64,000 nucleotides of DNA from an uncultured Dictyoglomota bacterium (GTDB lineage Bacteria; Dictyoglomota; Dictyoglomia; Dictyoglomales; Dictyoglomaceae): NCBI GenBank assembly GCA_964654465.1, contig CAZZIO010000040.1:1-64000 (forward strand), given 5' to 3'. Shown piece by piece: positions 49,957-61,010 of this stretch. A model generated the notes under the pieces. That model ran no database searches. It was not told the DNA's origin and was given only the letters and a program-made list of their open reading frames with translations. The translations under genes were made by a program, and so were the position numbers. Positions within the stretch are counted from its first letter, which is position 1; every line of letters begins with the position of its first letter.

Positions 49957-51566
49957 AAAATGCCATTTCAGCAGGTGGAGTAATTATTAATCCTATCAAC
50001 AAAAAAGTTTTTATCCTAAAAAGAAAAAATTCTAATTGGGTTCTCCCTAAGGGACATATTGAAAAAGGAGAATCTCCAGAAGAAGCAGCTATAAGAGAGG
50101 TAAAAGAAGAAACAAATTTGAATGTGAAAATTATAGATTTTATAGGAAAGACCCACTATATTGCTCCCGCTACAGAAAGACATCCTGAAGAGGACAAAAC
50201 AGTATTATGGTTTCTTATGGAATCCTATGACTCTAATAATGTTAAAATCGAGGAAGATGTATTCTCAGATGGAAGATTCTTGTATTTTAATGATGCATAT
50301 AATCTTCTTACCTTCGAGCAAGAAAAAGAAATATTGAGAAGAGGATATGAATTATATATGCTTCAAAAAGGCGAAAAAAAACTTCATGTTTTAATGTTAA
50401 GCTGGGAATATCCACCAAGAATTGTAGGCGGACTCAGTAGACATGTGAAAGATCTCAGTGATGCTTTAGCAGAGAAATATACTAAAGTTTCCATCGTAAC
50501 ATGTGGTACAAAAGATGTCCCTTGGGAAGAGCATAAAGAAAATCTCTCTGTTTATAGAGTACCAGAAAAAATAATAGACACCCCCAATTTTATCTCATGG
50601 ATCTACTTTCTCAATATCTCCATGATGATTAAAGCCTTAGAAATAAACAGAACAAATCCCATAGATATCATACATGCTCATGACTGGCTATCTGCTTTTA
50701 CTGGATATGTACTAAAACACTCTCTTAAAAAACCTCTTATATCAACAATTCATGCAACCGAACATGGTAGAAATCAAGGGATATATACTGAAGAACAAAA
50801 ATTTATCCACAATGTGGAATGGTGGCTAACATATGAATCTTGGAAAGTAATTGTATGCAGTAACAATATGAAAGATGAAGTAAAATCTCTTTTTAACTTA
50901 CCGGATGACAAAATAAAAATTATCCCTAACGGTATAAACCCCGAAAACTTAAAAACCACATTAAATTATAATGAAATAAAAAGCAGATATCTTAGTCAAG
51001 ATGAAAAAATGATACTCTTCATTGGTAGAATGCATTATCAAAAGGGAGCGGAGTATCTTTTAAGATCTATACCCTATATTAATAATGATTATCCAAAAGT
51101 TAAATTCATCTTTGTAGGGACAGGGCCACAACTTGATTATTTAATTGAAGAAAGCAAGAATTTAGGTGTCAAAGAAAAAGTTATATTCACAGGCTTTGTA
51201 GATGATAACCTGAGAAATGCTCTACTCCATGCATCTGATATATGTGTTTTTCCCAGTATCTACGAACCCTTTGGGATAGTTGCATTAGAAGCTATGGCTT
51301 TAGGAAAGCCTGTAGTAGCAAGTAGGCTTGGTGGCTTTGCTGAGATAATTGAAGATGGAATAGACGGTATACTTTTTGAACCTAAAAATATATTAGATTT
51401 AGCAAATAAAATAAAAATGCTTTTATACAATGATGAGTTAAAAGAAAATATTGGAAAAATGGCAATGAAAAAAGCTTTGGAAAAATATTCTTGGAAAAGT
51501 ATTGCTGAAGAAACTAAAAAGGTTTACTTTGAGATTTATAGAGAATATCTAAAAACTGATTGGTAA
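49953..51566 (+). CDS. NUDIX hydrolase fused to GT4 glycosyltransferase
   Basis: Nudix box GHIEKGESPEEAAIREVKEET in the N-terminal ~140 aa; then MLSWEYPP..GGL, HAHDW, HATE, YEPFGIVALEAM. Confidence 0.85.
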   Translation: MKNAISAGGVIINPINKKVFILKRKNSNWVLPKGHIEKGESPEEAAIREVKEETNLNVKIIDFIGKTHYIAPATERHPEEDKTVLWFLMESYDSNNVKIEEDVFSDGRFLYFNDAYNLLTFEQEKEILRRGYELYMLQKGEKKLHVLMLSWEYPPRIVGGLSRHVKDLSDALAEKYTKVSIVTCGTKDVPWEEHKENLSVYRVPEKIIDTPNFISWIYFLNISMMIKALEINRTNPIDIIHAHDWLSAFTGYVLKHSLKKPLISTIHATEHGRNQGIYTEEQKFIHNVEWWLTYESWKVIVCSNNMKDEVKSLFNLPDDKIKIIPNGINPENLKTTLNYNEIKSRYLSQDEKMILFIGRMHYQKGAEYLLRSIPYINNDYPKVKFIFVGTGPQLDYLIEESKNLGVKEKVIFTGFVDDNLRNALLHASDICVFPSIYEPFGIVALEAMALGKPVVASRLGGFAEIIEDGIDGILFEPKNILDLANKIKMLLYNDELKENIGKMAMKKALEKYSWKSIAEETKKVYFEIYREYLKTDW

Positions 51567-51579
51567 GGGAGGTTTTTTC

Positions 51580-54063
51580 ATGAAAGTTGTTGTAATGGCA
51601 GGGGGAGAGGGAACAAGATTAAGACCTCTAACCATCACACGTCCCAAACCTATGACCCACATTGTTGGTAAACCTATAATGGAACATATTATTAACCTTC
51701 TTTCAGAACAGGGTTTTAAAGAATTTATTGCCACTTTATATTATTTACCTGAAATCATCCAAGAATATTTTAATGATGGGTCCAATTGGAACATAAAACT
51801 CGATTATTCTATTGAAGAATCTCCTCTCGGTACAGCTGGAAGTGTAAAATATGCCCTTAAGGATAAGGAAAAGGGAAGAATTTTAATAGTAAGTGGAGAT
51901 GCCTTAACAGATTTTAACTTTCAAGAAATTATAAGATTCCATGAAGAAAAAAAAGCCTTAATTACAATTGTATTAACAAGTGTAGAAAATCCTCTAGAGT
52001 ATGGCGTGGTAATTACAGATGATGAGGGAAGAATAGTTAAATTTTTAGAAAAACCCAGTTGGGGAGAGGTATTTAGTGATACGGTTAATACAGGTATATA
52101 CATTTTGGAACCTGAGGTTTTAGATTATATACCAGAAAATGAGCCCTTTGATTTTAGTAAAGACCTATTCCCAATGCTTCTTGAAAAAGGTGCACCTTTA
52201 TATGGTTATATAGCAAATGGATATTGGTGTGATATAGGAAATTTAGAACAATTCCTCAAAGCCAATATTGATATACTAACTGGTAAAGTAAAAATAAAGA
52301 TTCCAGGTAGAGAAATTCTTCCTGGTATCTTTGTAAACGAAGATGTGGACATTTCTCACTCAGCCTTTATTAAGCCGCCCGTCTACATTGGCCAATTTTC
52401 AAAAATAAAAGAAAATGCAACTATTCTTGGACCAACAGTTTTAGGAGATTCTGTATTTGTAGATAGCGAAGCCAAGATTCAAAGAAGTGTGATATTTAAT
52501 AATACCTATATAGGTAAAAAAACAAATATTTATTCATCCATAATAGGTAGTAAATGTAATATAAAAAACTCCGTAAAAATAGAAGAAGGAGCAAGCATAG
52601 GTGACAACAATACAATAGGAGATAGAGTATTTATTAATACAGGAGTTAAAATATGGCCCAATAAATATATAGAGACTGGATCCATTGTTAATACAAGTAT
52701 TGTCTGGGGAAGCCATTGGAGAAAAACCCTCTTTGGTCAAAGGGGAATTACAGGAAAAATAAATATAGAAATAACCCCTGAATTTGCAACTAAAATAGGC
52801 GCGTCTTTTGGTACCATACTTCCCAAATCATCTTATGTGGTAATGAGTAGAGATGCAAGGCCAGCTTGTAGAATGATAAAAAGAGCTATTTTAACAGGTA
52901 TTCTCTCTACAGGTGTAAATGTGTTTGATATAAGGACCCTTCCAATACCCGTATCCAGATATGCTACCCCAAATTTGGATACTGTTGCAGGCGTTCATAT
53001 AAGAATATCACCTTATGATCCTGAAAAAATATTAATAGAATTTTTTGATAGATCAGGTATTAACATTGATAAAAATACTGAAAGAAAAATAGAAAATACT
53101 TTCTTCAGAGAAGATTTTAGAAGAACTTATACAGAAGAAGTAGGAGAAATAAAATTTCCTCCGCATGTAATAGAATATTATACATGGGGATTACTTAAAT
53201 CAATAGATAAATCAAGTATTGAGAAAAAAAGATATAAAGTTGTAATTGATTATCAAGGAAATAGCGCTTCTTTATTCTTACCCAATATACTCTCCCAATT
53301 AAAGATAGAAAACATATCTCTTAACATATATGGAGAAGATACACATAAAATAAAGGTTCCCAATGAAGAAGTTATTAAAATTACAAAGGCTGTTGGGGCT
53401 GATTTTGGCTTAATTATCAATAATGACGGTGAAAGTTTCTCAATCATAACACCAGGGGGAAAATATCTTGCAAAAGATGAGTTAATCGCAGTTCTCACCT
53501 ATCTTACATTAAAACTTTATCCAAACTCGCAAATAGTCATACCGGTGAATATTTCCCAATCAATAGAAAAGATAGCTAATAATTTAGGAGGAAGAATAAT
53601 AAGAAGCAAAATTTCACCTTCTGAATTAACAAAAACTTTATTAAGAACAGAATCCAAATTTGGAGCTAGTGAAGATGGCCTTATATTTCCTGATTTTCAA
53701 CCTGTTTTTGATGGAATATATGGTCTATTAAAGTTTCTTGAAATCTATTCAAAGAATAATCTCACACTAAAAGAATTAGTAGAAGAATTACCAGAATATT
53801 TCAAAGTAAAAGCTACGGTAGATTGTTATGCAGAAAATAAAGGAAAAATCATGAGAAAGCTTATAGAAGAGAATGCTGAAAAAAACATAGAATATATAGA
53901 TGGAATAAAAGTATATATAGATGATTCTTGGGTACTTATTATTCCACACCCAGAAGAGCCCGCTCTTATAATATATGCTGAATCTACAACTCTAAAGAAG
54001 GCTCAAGAACTATTGGAGGAATTCAGCCAAAAGATTAAAGATTTAAATATAGCTTTAACCTAA
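51580..54063 (+). CDS. Sugar-1-phosphate nucleotidyltransferase (mannose-1-P guanylyltransferase-like) plus beta-helix plus phosphomannomutase-like domain
   Basis: MAGGEGTRLRPLT..PKP, LGTAG, FLEKP, hexapeptide region, LFG..G PMM start; mutase motifs degenerate. Confidence 0.85.
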   Translation: MKVVVMAGGEGTRLRPLTITRPKPMTHIVGKPIMEHIINLLSEQGFKEFIATLYYLPEIIQEYFNDGSNWNIKLDYSIEESPLGTAGSVKYALKDKEKGRILIVSGDALTDFNFQEIIRFHEEKKALITIVLTSVENPLEYGVVITDDEGRIVKFLEKPSWGEVFSDTVNTGIYILEPEVLDYIPENEPFDFSKDLFPMLLEKGAPLYGYIANGYWCDIGNLEQFLKANIDILTGKVKIKIPGREILPGIFVNEDVDISHSAFIKPPVYIGQFSKIKENATILGPTVLGDSVFVDSEAKIQRSVIFNNTYIGKKTNIYSSIIGSKCNIKNSVKIEEGASIGDNNTIGDRVFINTGVKIWPNKYIETGSIVNTSIVWGSHWRKTLFGQRGITGKINIEITPEFATKIGASFGTILPKSSYVVMSRDARPACRMIKRAILTGILSTGVNVFDIRTLPIPVSRYATPNLDTVAGVHIRISPYDPEKILIEFFDRSGINIDKNTERKIENTFFREDFRRTYTEEVGEIKFPPHVIEYYTWGLLKSIDKSSIEKKRYKVVIDYQGNSASLFLPNILSQLKIENISLNIYGEDTHKIKVPNEEVIKITKAVGADFGLIINNDGESFSIITPGGKYLAKDELIAVLTYLTLKLYPNSQIVIPVNISQSIEKIANNLGGRIIRSKISPSELTKTLLRTESKFGASEDGLIFPDFQPVFDGIYGLLKFLEIYSKNNLTLKELVEELPEYFKVKATVDCYAENKGKIMRKLIEENAEKNIEYIDGIKVYIDDSWVLIIPHPEEPALIIYAESTTLKKAQELLEEFSQKIKDLNIALT

Positions 54064-54070
54064 TTTTAAC

Positions 54071-54099
54071 TTGACATTAATATATCTTCAAATTATCTT
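54071..54099 (+). promoter_or_regulatory. Probable promoter of hppA
   Basis: TTGACA (54071-54076), 17 bp, TATCTT (54094-54099). Confidence 0.6.
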
Positions 54100-54136
54100 A
54101 AAATGAGGTAAAATTTTTTAAAAGGAGGATTAAGAA

Positions 54137-56128
54137 ATGCAGAACCTACTGTGGATTACACCCATTTCAGGCACAATCGGTCTCTTAGTAGCTTTTCTTA
54201 TTGCAAGAAATATTCTTAAAGAAGAAGTGGGACCTACAGAGATCCAAAAAATCATGAAAGCCATACAACAAGGAGCAGATGCATTTCTAAATCGTGAAAT
54301 AAAAACTGTATCAATATTTGCAATAATATTCGGTATTTTTATGGCAATAGTATTACAACCTCTATTAGGATTAGCCTTCATCATTGGTGCAGCCTTTTCT
54401 ATGCTTTCTGGATATATAGGAATGAAGATAGCAACAAGGGCAAATGGAAGAACAACTTATGCTGCCTCTAAATATGGAGTAGGTAAATCTTTGGATATTG
54501 CATTTTCTGGTGGAGCAGTTATGGGACTTATGGAAGCAAGTCTAGGAATCTTTGGTTCAAGTTTAATTTACCTCATTCTTAGCAATTTTATGCCAGATCC
54601 AAGATTAAAGCTTGAAATTATCAGTGGATATGCATTAGGAGCAAGTTTTATTGCCCTTTTTGCTCGTGTGGGTGGTGGTATTTATACAAAGGCTGCAGAT
54701 GTAGGAGCAGATCTTGTTGGTAAAGTGGAAGCAGGAATTCCTGAAGATGATCCAAGAAACCCTGCTGTAATAGCTGATAATGTAGGAGACAATGTAGGAG
54801 ATGTGGCAGGAATGGGAGCAGATTTATATGAATCCTATGTAGGAGCCATACACGCTGGTGCGGTATTAGGATTTGCATACGCTGAGATGAAAGGTCTCCT
54901 TTATCCATTCCTTTTTGCAGTAATAGGTCTTTATGCATCTATTATAGGAATCATCTTTACAAAAGTATATGCTGCAAGGAAAAATGCTGATCCTGCTAAT
55001 GCCTTAAGAAATGGAACCTTTATTGCAGCTATCATCACTATTATTGGATCTTTCTTTTTATCCCAATCACTATTAGGAAATTTAGGTCCTTTCTGGGCAG
55101 GTACTATCGGAATTATTGTGGGTATAGCAATAGGTTTAATAAGCGAATACTATACATCTAATAAACCAATAGAAAGAATTGCATATGCCAGTACTACAGG
55201 TCCAGCTACTAACATTATAACTGGTCTTTCTGTAGGAATGGAAAGTACATTTCTTACTATAGTTGTTTTAGCAATTGGTATATATTTAGCTTATTTAGCT
55301 AATGGCATGTGGGGAATAGGAATCGCAGGAGTTGGAATGCTTGCAACCTTAGGTATTACCCTTTCTGTTGATGCTTATGGACCAATAGCTGATAATGCTA
55401 GTGGAATAGCAGAAATGGCCCACCAAGGAGAAAAAGTCAGAGAAATAACAAGCTCTCTTGACGCTTATGGAAACACTACTGCAGCTATGGGTAAAGGCTT
55501 TGCTATAGGTTCAGCCATATTAACTGCTCTATCTTTGTTTGCTGCTTTTAAAGAATGGGCTCAGATCCAATATATAGATGTATCAAAGGCATCAGTGCTT
55601 GCAGGTACTCTTATTGGTGGAATGCTACCATTTTTATTCTCCGCCCTATCTTTAAAGGCAGTAGGTGAGGCAGCCACTCATATGGTAGAAGAGGTAAGAA
55701 GACAATTTAGAGAAATAAAAGGACTTCTTGAAGGAAAATCAGACCCAGATTATGCAAAATGTGTAGATATAAGTACTCGCGGTGCATTAAAAGCTATGAT
55801 ACTTCCAAGTTTAATTATGATATTATCTCCCTTTATTATTGCATTCTTATTAGGAAAAGAAGCCTTAGGTGGTATGCTTACCGGAGCAACTGTATCTGGA
55901 GGACTTTTAGCCATATTTATGGCAAATGCTGGTGGAGCCTGGGATAATGCTAAAAAACTAATTGAACATGGTAAATTTGGGGGTAAGGGTTCTGATGCTC
56001 ATAAGGCAGCTGTAGTAGGAGATACAGTAGGAGATCCTTTCAAAGATACTGCTGGACCTTCAATCAACATATTAATAAAACTTATGGCTGTAATTTCCCT
56101 TGTATTCTTACCAATATTCTTTCATTAA
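54137..56128 (+). CDS. hppA: Membrane-integral ion-translocating pyrophosphatase, K+-dependent type
   Basis: [40 protein letters not shown]. Confidence 0.96.
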   Translation: MQNLLWITPISGTIGLLVAFLIARNILKEEVGPTEIQKIMKAIQQGADAFLNREIKTVSIFAIIFGIFMAIVLQPLLGLAFIIGAAFSMLSGYIGMKIATRANGRTTYAASKYGVGKSLDIAFSGGAVMGLMEASLGIFGSSLIYLILSNFMPDPRLKLEIISGYALGASFIALFARVGGGIYTKAADVGADLVGKVEAGIPEDDPRNPAVIADNVGDNVGDVAGMGADLYESYVGAIHAGAVLGFAYAEMKGLLYPFLFAVIGLYASIIGIIFTKVYAARKNADPANALRNGTFIAAIITIIGSFFLSQSLLGNLGPFWAGTIGIIVGIAIGLISEYYTSNKPIERIAYASTTGPATNIITGLSVGMESTFLTIVVLAIGIYLAYLANGMWGIGIAGVGMLATLGITLSVDAYGPIADNASGIAEMAHQGEKVREITSSLDAYGNTTAAMGKGFAIGSAILTALSLFAAFKEWAQIQYIDVSKASVLAGTLIGGMLPFLFSALSLKAVGEAATHMVEEVRRQFREIKGLLEGKSDPDYAKCVDISTRGALKAMILPSLIMILSPFIIAFLLGKEALGGMLTGATVSGGLLAIFMANAGGAWDNAKKLIEHGKFGGKGSDAHKAAVVGDTVGDPFKDTAGPSINILIKLMAVISLVFLPIFFH

Positions 56129-56143
56129 AAATTAAAAGACAAG

Positions 56144-56178
56144 AAAGGGGTGGAAGATATTCTTCCACCCCTTTTTTT
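56144..56178 (+). terminator. Intrinsic terminator after hppA
   Basis: Perfect AAAGGGGTGGAAGA-TAT-TCTTCCACCCCTTT stem with T tail. Confidence 0.9.
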
Positions 56179-56182
56179 ATTC

Positions 56183-56210
56183 TTGACATAAATCTCATAT
56201 ATAATATACT
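56183..56210 (+). promoter_or_regulatory. Probable promoter of ileS
   Basis: TTGACA (56183-56188), 16 bp, TATACT (56205-56210). Confidence 0.6.
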
Positions 56211-56250
56211 AACCTAAGTCTTTACATATATTTTTGGAAGGAGGGATAAC

Positions 56251-59175
56251 TTGTTCAAGAAACTACCATCACTAATAAACTTCCCACAGATGGAAGAAGA
56301 GATAATGAAATTTTGGAAAGATAGAGATACATTTAAAAAATCCTTAGAAATAAGAAAGGGATCACCCAGATTCAATTTCTATGAGGGACCACCCACTGCC
56401 AACGGTAAACCCCATGCAGGTCATGTTCTACCCAGAATATACAAGGACCTTTTCCCAAGATACAAAACCATGCAAGGATATTACGTGCCAAGAAAAGCAG
56501 GATGGGATACCCATGGGCTTCCTGTAGAGCTTGAGGTAGAAAAAGAGTTGGGTATTAACAGCAAACAAGAAATAGAAAAATACGGGATAGAAGAGTTTAA
56601 TAAAAAATGTAGAGAAAGTGTATTTAGATACGAAAGAGAATGGCGACTATTTACAGAGAGAATTGGTTTCTGGATTGATATGGATAATCCCTATATTACA
56701 TTAAGCAATGACTATATAGAATCAGTCTGGTGGCTTTTAAAAAAAATTTGGGAAAGAGGCTTACTTTATAAAGGATATAAAATTGTCCCTTGGTGTCCAA
56801 GATGCGAAACAGCCCTATCAGATCACGAGGTAGCTCAAGGTTATAAAGAAACAGAAGATCCATCTATTTTTGTAAAATTTAAGATAAAAAATCAAAATGA
56901 TACATATTTTCTTGCATGGACTACAACTCCATGGACCCTTATATCTAATATAGCATTAGCTGTACATCCTGATGAAGATTATGTGAAAGTGAAATATAAT
57001 AACGAATACTACATATTAGCAGAAAAAAGATTAACTTATGTATTTCCAGAAGGAAACTACGAAATAATAGAAAAGTATAAAGGCAAAGATTTAGAAAAAA
57101 CTTATTATGAACCCCTATTCAATTTCTTACCCATCGATAAAGATTCTCATTATGTTGTACTTGGAGATTTTGTAACCTTAGAAGATGGTACAGGAATTGT
57201 CCATATTGCACCAGCCTTTGGAGATGAGGACTTCCAAATAGGGAAAAAATATGATCTTCCCTTCTTACAACCTGTAGATCAAAATGGCAAATTTATAAAA
57301 GAGGTTGAACCATGGGCAGGAATGTTCATAAAAAAAGCTGATCCCTTAATCATTGAAAATCTAAAAAATAGGGGCTTATTATTTAAAGAAGAAAAATATC
57401 TACACTCATATCCATTCTGTTGGAGATGTGATACTCCTCTAATTTATTATGCCAGAGCCTCATGGTATATAAAAACTACCGCAGTAAAAGAAGATTTACT
57501 GAGAAATAATCAAAAAATAAATTGGTATCCAGAACATATTAAAGAAGGAAGATTTGGTAATTGGCTAGCTAATAATATTGATTGGTCGCTAAGTAGAGAA
57601 AGATATTGGGGTACTCCACTACCCATATGGATATGTGAGTCTTGTGGACACCAAGAATGTATAGGAAGCTATAAAGAATTAGGTATCACTGATACAAAAA
57701 ACTTTGATCCTCATAAACCTTATATAGACAAAATTACATTAAAATGTCCAAAATGCGGGGGTACAATGTATAGAGTACCTGAAGTTATTGACTGTTGGTT
57801 TGATTCAGGAGCTATGCCAGTAGCCCAATGGCATTATCCTTTTGAAAATGAGGAAGAATTTAAAGCTTCTTTCCCCGCAGATTTCATATGTGAAGCTATT
57901 GATCAAACAAGAGGATGGTTCTATAGTCTTCTTGCCATATCTACCTTAGTATTTAACAAGCCTGCTTATAATAATGTTCTCGTGACGGAATTAGTGTTAG
58001 ATGAAAAAGGCGAAAAAATGAGTAAACATAAAGGTAATGTAGTTGATCCCTGGCTAATATTGAATAAATACGGGGCAGATGCTTTAAGATGGTATATCTT
58101 TACTGTAAGTCCTCCATGGGTACCACTAAGATTTTCTCCTGATGCTGTAAATGAAGCCCTTAAAAAATTCCTTTTAACCTTATGGAATACTGTTTCTTTC
58201 TTCTCCATTTACGCAGAAATAGATGGTTTTGATCCAACACAAAATAGTATCTCCTTAGAAACACTTGAAGATGTCTCTGATAGATGGATTATATCAAGAC
58301 TAAATAGCTTAATATTAAAAGTAAAAGATGATATGGACAAATTTAATGCTACTTCTGCAGCAAGATCAATACAAAGTTTTGTCATAGATGACCTAAGTAA
58401 CTGGTATATTAGATTAAATAGAGAAAGATTCTGGAAATCTGAAAAAGACAATGATAAATGGTCAGCTTATACAACCACTTATACTGTAATAAAAGAGCTT
58501 ACTAAGCTTTTAGCTCCTTTTATCCCATTTACAACAGAAAAAATATATCAAGAAATAGTTAGGGTAGCAGAAAAGGAAGCTCCCGAAAGTGTGCATCTTT
58601 GTGATTATCCTCAAGGAGAAATTAAATATATAGATCCTGCATTAGAAGCAGATATGGAAATAGTTAGAAATATTGTTACTATAGGAAGAATGCTTAGAAA
58701 TCAAGCAAACATAAAAATAAGACAACCGTTATCAAAGATATGGATAAACACGAAAGGAAATAAAGAAAATCTTGAAAAACTTTATAAATACATAAAGCAA
58801 GAACTTAATGTCAATGACGTAATTTTCGATAATCCAGAGGCAAAAGACAATATATTAATTCATCAAGATGATAATCTCCAAGTAGGATTGGACATAACAA
58901 TAACAGAAGATTTATTAAAGAAAGGAATATTGAGAGAGTTAGAGCATAAAATTCAAATGCTAAGAAAAGAAGCAAAATTAGATTATGCAGATAGAATAAA
59001 ATTCTACTATCAAGGATCTCCTAAAATAAAGGAAATCATAGAAGAAAACAAAGAAGAACTCTCAGAAGAAATTTTGGCTATTGAAATACATGAAGGAGAA
59101 ATACCAGATACTGCTTATAAAAAGAATATAAAAGTGTATGATGAAGAGATATTAGTAGGTTTTGAAAAATTATAA
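56251..59175 (+). CDS. ileS: Isoleucine--tRNA ligase, type 2
   Basis: EGPPTANG.PHAGH, GWDTHGLP, WTTTPWTL, DQTRGWF, KMSKH; no IleRS1-type C-terminal Zn finger; TTG start after GGAGGG. Confidence 0.95.
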   Translation: MFKKLPSLINFPQMEEEIMKFWKDRDTFKKSLEIRKGSPRFNFYEGPPTANGKPHAGHVLPRIYKDLFPRYKTMQGYYVPRKAGWDTHGLPVELEVEKELGINSKQEIEKYGIEEFNKKCRESVFRYEREWRLFTERIGFWIDMDNPYITLSNDYIESVWWLLKKIWERGLLYKGYKIVPWCPRCETALSDHEVAQGYKETEDPSIFVKFKIKNQNDTYFLAWTTTPWTLISNIALAVHPDEDYVKVKYNNEYYILAEKRLTYVFPEGNYEIIEKYKGKDLEKTYYEPLFNFLPIDKDSHYVVLGDFVTLEDGTGIVHIAPAFGDEDFQIGKKYDLPFLQPVDQNGKFIKEVEPWAGMFIKKADPLIIENLKNRGLLFKEEKYLHSYPFCWRCDTPLIYYARASWYIKTTAVKEDLLRNNQKINWYPEHIKEGRFGNWLANNIDWSLSRERYWGTPLPIWICESCGHQECIGSYKELGITDTKNFDPHKPYIDKITLKCPKCGGTMYRVPEVIDCWFDSGAMPVAQWHYPFENEEEFKASFPADFICEAIDQTRGWFYSLLAISTLVFNKPAYNNVLVTELVLDEKGEKMSKHKGNVVDPWLILNKYGADALRWYIFTVSPPWVPLRFSPDAVNEALKKFLLTLWNTVSFFSIYAEIDGFDPTQNSISLETLEDVSDRWIISRLNSLILKVKDDMDKFNATSAARSIQSFVIDDLSNWYIRLNRERFWKSEKDNDKWSAYTTTYTVIKELTKLLAPFIPFTTEKIYQEIVRVAEKEAPESVHLCDYPQGEIKYIDPALEADMEIVRNIVTIGRMLRNQANIKIRQPLSKIWINTKGNKENLEKLYKYIKQELNVNDVIFDNPEAKDNILIHQDDNLQVGLDITITEDLLKKGILRELEHKIQMLRKEAKLDYADRIKFYYQGSPKIKEIIEENKEELSEEILAIEIHEGEIPDTAYKKNIKVYDEEILVGFEKL

Positions 59176-59194
59176 AAGGGGGTTTAGGAAAGTG

Positions 59195-60085
59195 ATGAAA
59201 TTTAAAAAACTATCAATTATATTTATCATAGTAATTTTAGTAACTACTATCTTTTCCTTTTCTTCAACCTTACCAATATCTATAAAAGATGATATAGGAA
59301 GAGAAATAACCATTAAAGAGTATCCTAAGAGAATTATATCTCTTGCTCCTTCATCAACTGAAATACTTTTTGAAATAGGCGCTGGAGATAGAGTGGTTGG
59401 AGTCACTGATTTTTGTAACTACCCAAAGGAAGCTCAAACAAAAGAGAAAGTAGGAGGTTTTAGCAATCCTAACATAGAAAAAATTATCTCCTTAAAACCA
59501 GATTTAATCGTTCTATACAAAAGTTTTCCAAAGGAAGTTTTTAACCAATTGGAAAAATCTCTACCAAATACTTCATTTATTGTTCTTGATCCAAAAACTT
59601 ATGAAGATGTAATGAAAAATATCATATTAGTAGGTAAGGCCGTAGGAAAAGAAAATGAAGCAAGAAAAGTTTACAACAATATGCTTAATGGATGGTTAGA
59701 GATACAAAAAAGAGTTGCTTCTATAAAGAAATCTCCAAAGGTTCTTTTCTTAATTTGGAATGATCCATTTATATCTGTATCACCTTCCACCTTTCTGGGT
59801 GATCTTTTGAAAAAACTAAAAGCCAAAAATATTGTAGAAAATAATGAGCCAGAATACCCTGTTCTTAGTTTAGAGTCTATTATCTCAAAAAATCCTGATG
59901 TTATAATTATTGGAGAAATGTCAGGTATATCAAAAGAATCCATAATGAATCACCCAATCTTAAAAGATACGAATGCAGTAAAAAATAAAAAAGTTTTTAC
60001 AGTAAATGATGATTTAGTTTTCAGACCAGGCCCAAGACTTGTGGATGGACTTAAAGTACTCTACAAAACTTTATATGAAAATTAA
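59195..60085 (+). CDS. Cobalamin/iron-chelate ABC transporter substrate-binding protein (BtuF-like)
   Basis: Signal peptide; PKRIISLAPSSTEILF, NIEKIISLKPDL, RPGPR. Confidence 0.85.
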   Translation: MKFKKLSIIFIIVILVTTIFSFSSTLPISIKDDIGREITIKEYPKRIISLAPSSTEILFEIGAGDRVVGVTDFCNYPKEAQTKEKVGGFSNPNIEKIISLKPDLIVLYKSFPKEVFNQLEKSLPNTSFIVLDPKTYEDVMKNIILVGKAVGKENEARKVYNNMLNGWLEIQKRVASIKKSPKVLFLIWNDPFISVSPSTFLGDLLKKLKAKNIVENNEPEYPVLSLESIISKNPDVIIIGEMSGISKESIMNHPILKDTNAVKNKKVFTVNDDLVFRPGPRLVDGLKVLYKTLYEN

Positions 60086-61010
60086 GCTTTCTTTTTTATT
60101 AATACTTTTACTTTTTTTAAGTATTATCTCTGTAAAAATAGGAGATATAAAAGGAAATAATGAGGTCCGGGGAGTCATTATATATAACATAAGGTTGCCC
60201 CGGACTCTTTTATCTATTTTTGTCGGTGGAAATCTTGGTATTGCAGGAGCTATTCTTCAGAGTCTTTTCCACAATCCATTAGCAGAACCTCATATTATAG
60301 GCTTATCTTCCGGAGCACTATTAGGTACTACCATATATTTTCTTATGGCTGGAAGTACTTGGGATATTGATCCCCTTTTGACACCTTGGTTTGCTATTTT
60401 AGGTTCGATTTTCGTGCTATTTTTACTTTTAATCTTTAATCAAAGATTTCAAAGTTCAAATACCTTAATACTTTTAGGTGTATCATTAAACTCTTTATTA
60501 TCTTCCTTTACTTCTTTATTACTTTTTTTAAAACAAAAAACTTTTCAAGGTGTTTATTTTTGGATTCTTGGAGGCTTTAATGGCAAATCATGGAATCACT
60601 TTTATATTCTACTTTATTACTCATTAATAAGCATACCATGGGCTTTCTTGTGGAGAAAAAAATTTAATATTCTATTCCTAAGTGAAGAAGAGATATATAG
60701 TCTTGGAATTTCTTTAAAAAAGATCCAACCATTAATAATAATACTTTTAACTATTTTAATAGCCCCATCAGTTGCAGTATCTGGAATGATAGGATTTGTT
60801 GGCCTTATTTCTCCCCATCTAATGAGAGTATGGGAAACAGCAGACTACAAGTGGCTAATACCATCAAGTTACCTTGCAGGATCCATCCTTTTATTATCAT
60901 CGGACATTTTATCAAGAATTCTTTTTTATCCAACAGAAATACCAGTAGGTATAATAACGTCTTTCTTAGGCGTACCATTCTTTATCTATCTTCTTATCAA
61001 AAGACAATGA
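60075..61010 (+). CDS. FecCD/BtuC-family ABC permease
   Basis: RLPR, NPLAEP..IG, GMIGFVGLISPH, EIPVG; start taken at ATG 60075. Confidence 0.88.
   Translation: MKIKLSFLLILLLFLSIISVKIGDIKGNNEVRGVIIYNIRLPRTLLSIFVGGNLGIAGAILQSLFHNPLAEPHIIGLSSGALLGTTIYFLMAGSTWDIDPLLTPWFAILGSIFVLFLLLIFNQRFQSSNTLILLGVSLNSLLSSFTSLLLFLKQKTFQGVYFWILGGFNGKSWNHFYILLYYSLISIPWAFLWRKKFNILFLSEEEIYSLGISLKKIQPLIIILLTILIAPSVAVSGMIGFVGLISPHLMRVWETADYKWLIPSSYLAGSILLLSSDILSRILFYPTEIPVGIITSFLGVPFFIYLLIKRQ

Noticed and set aside
60165-60205. GTCCGGGG...CCCCGGAC inverted repeat in the ABC permease gene
   Set aside because: 25-nt loop, inside coding sequence, single occurrence; not enough to call a terminator or riboswitch
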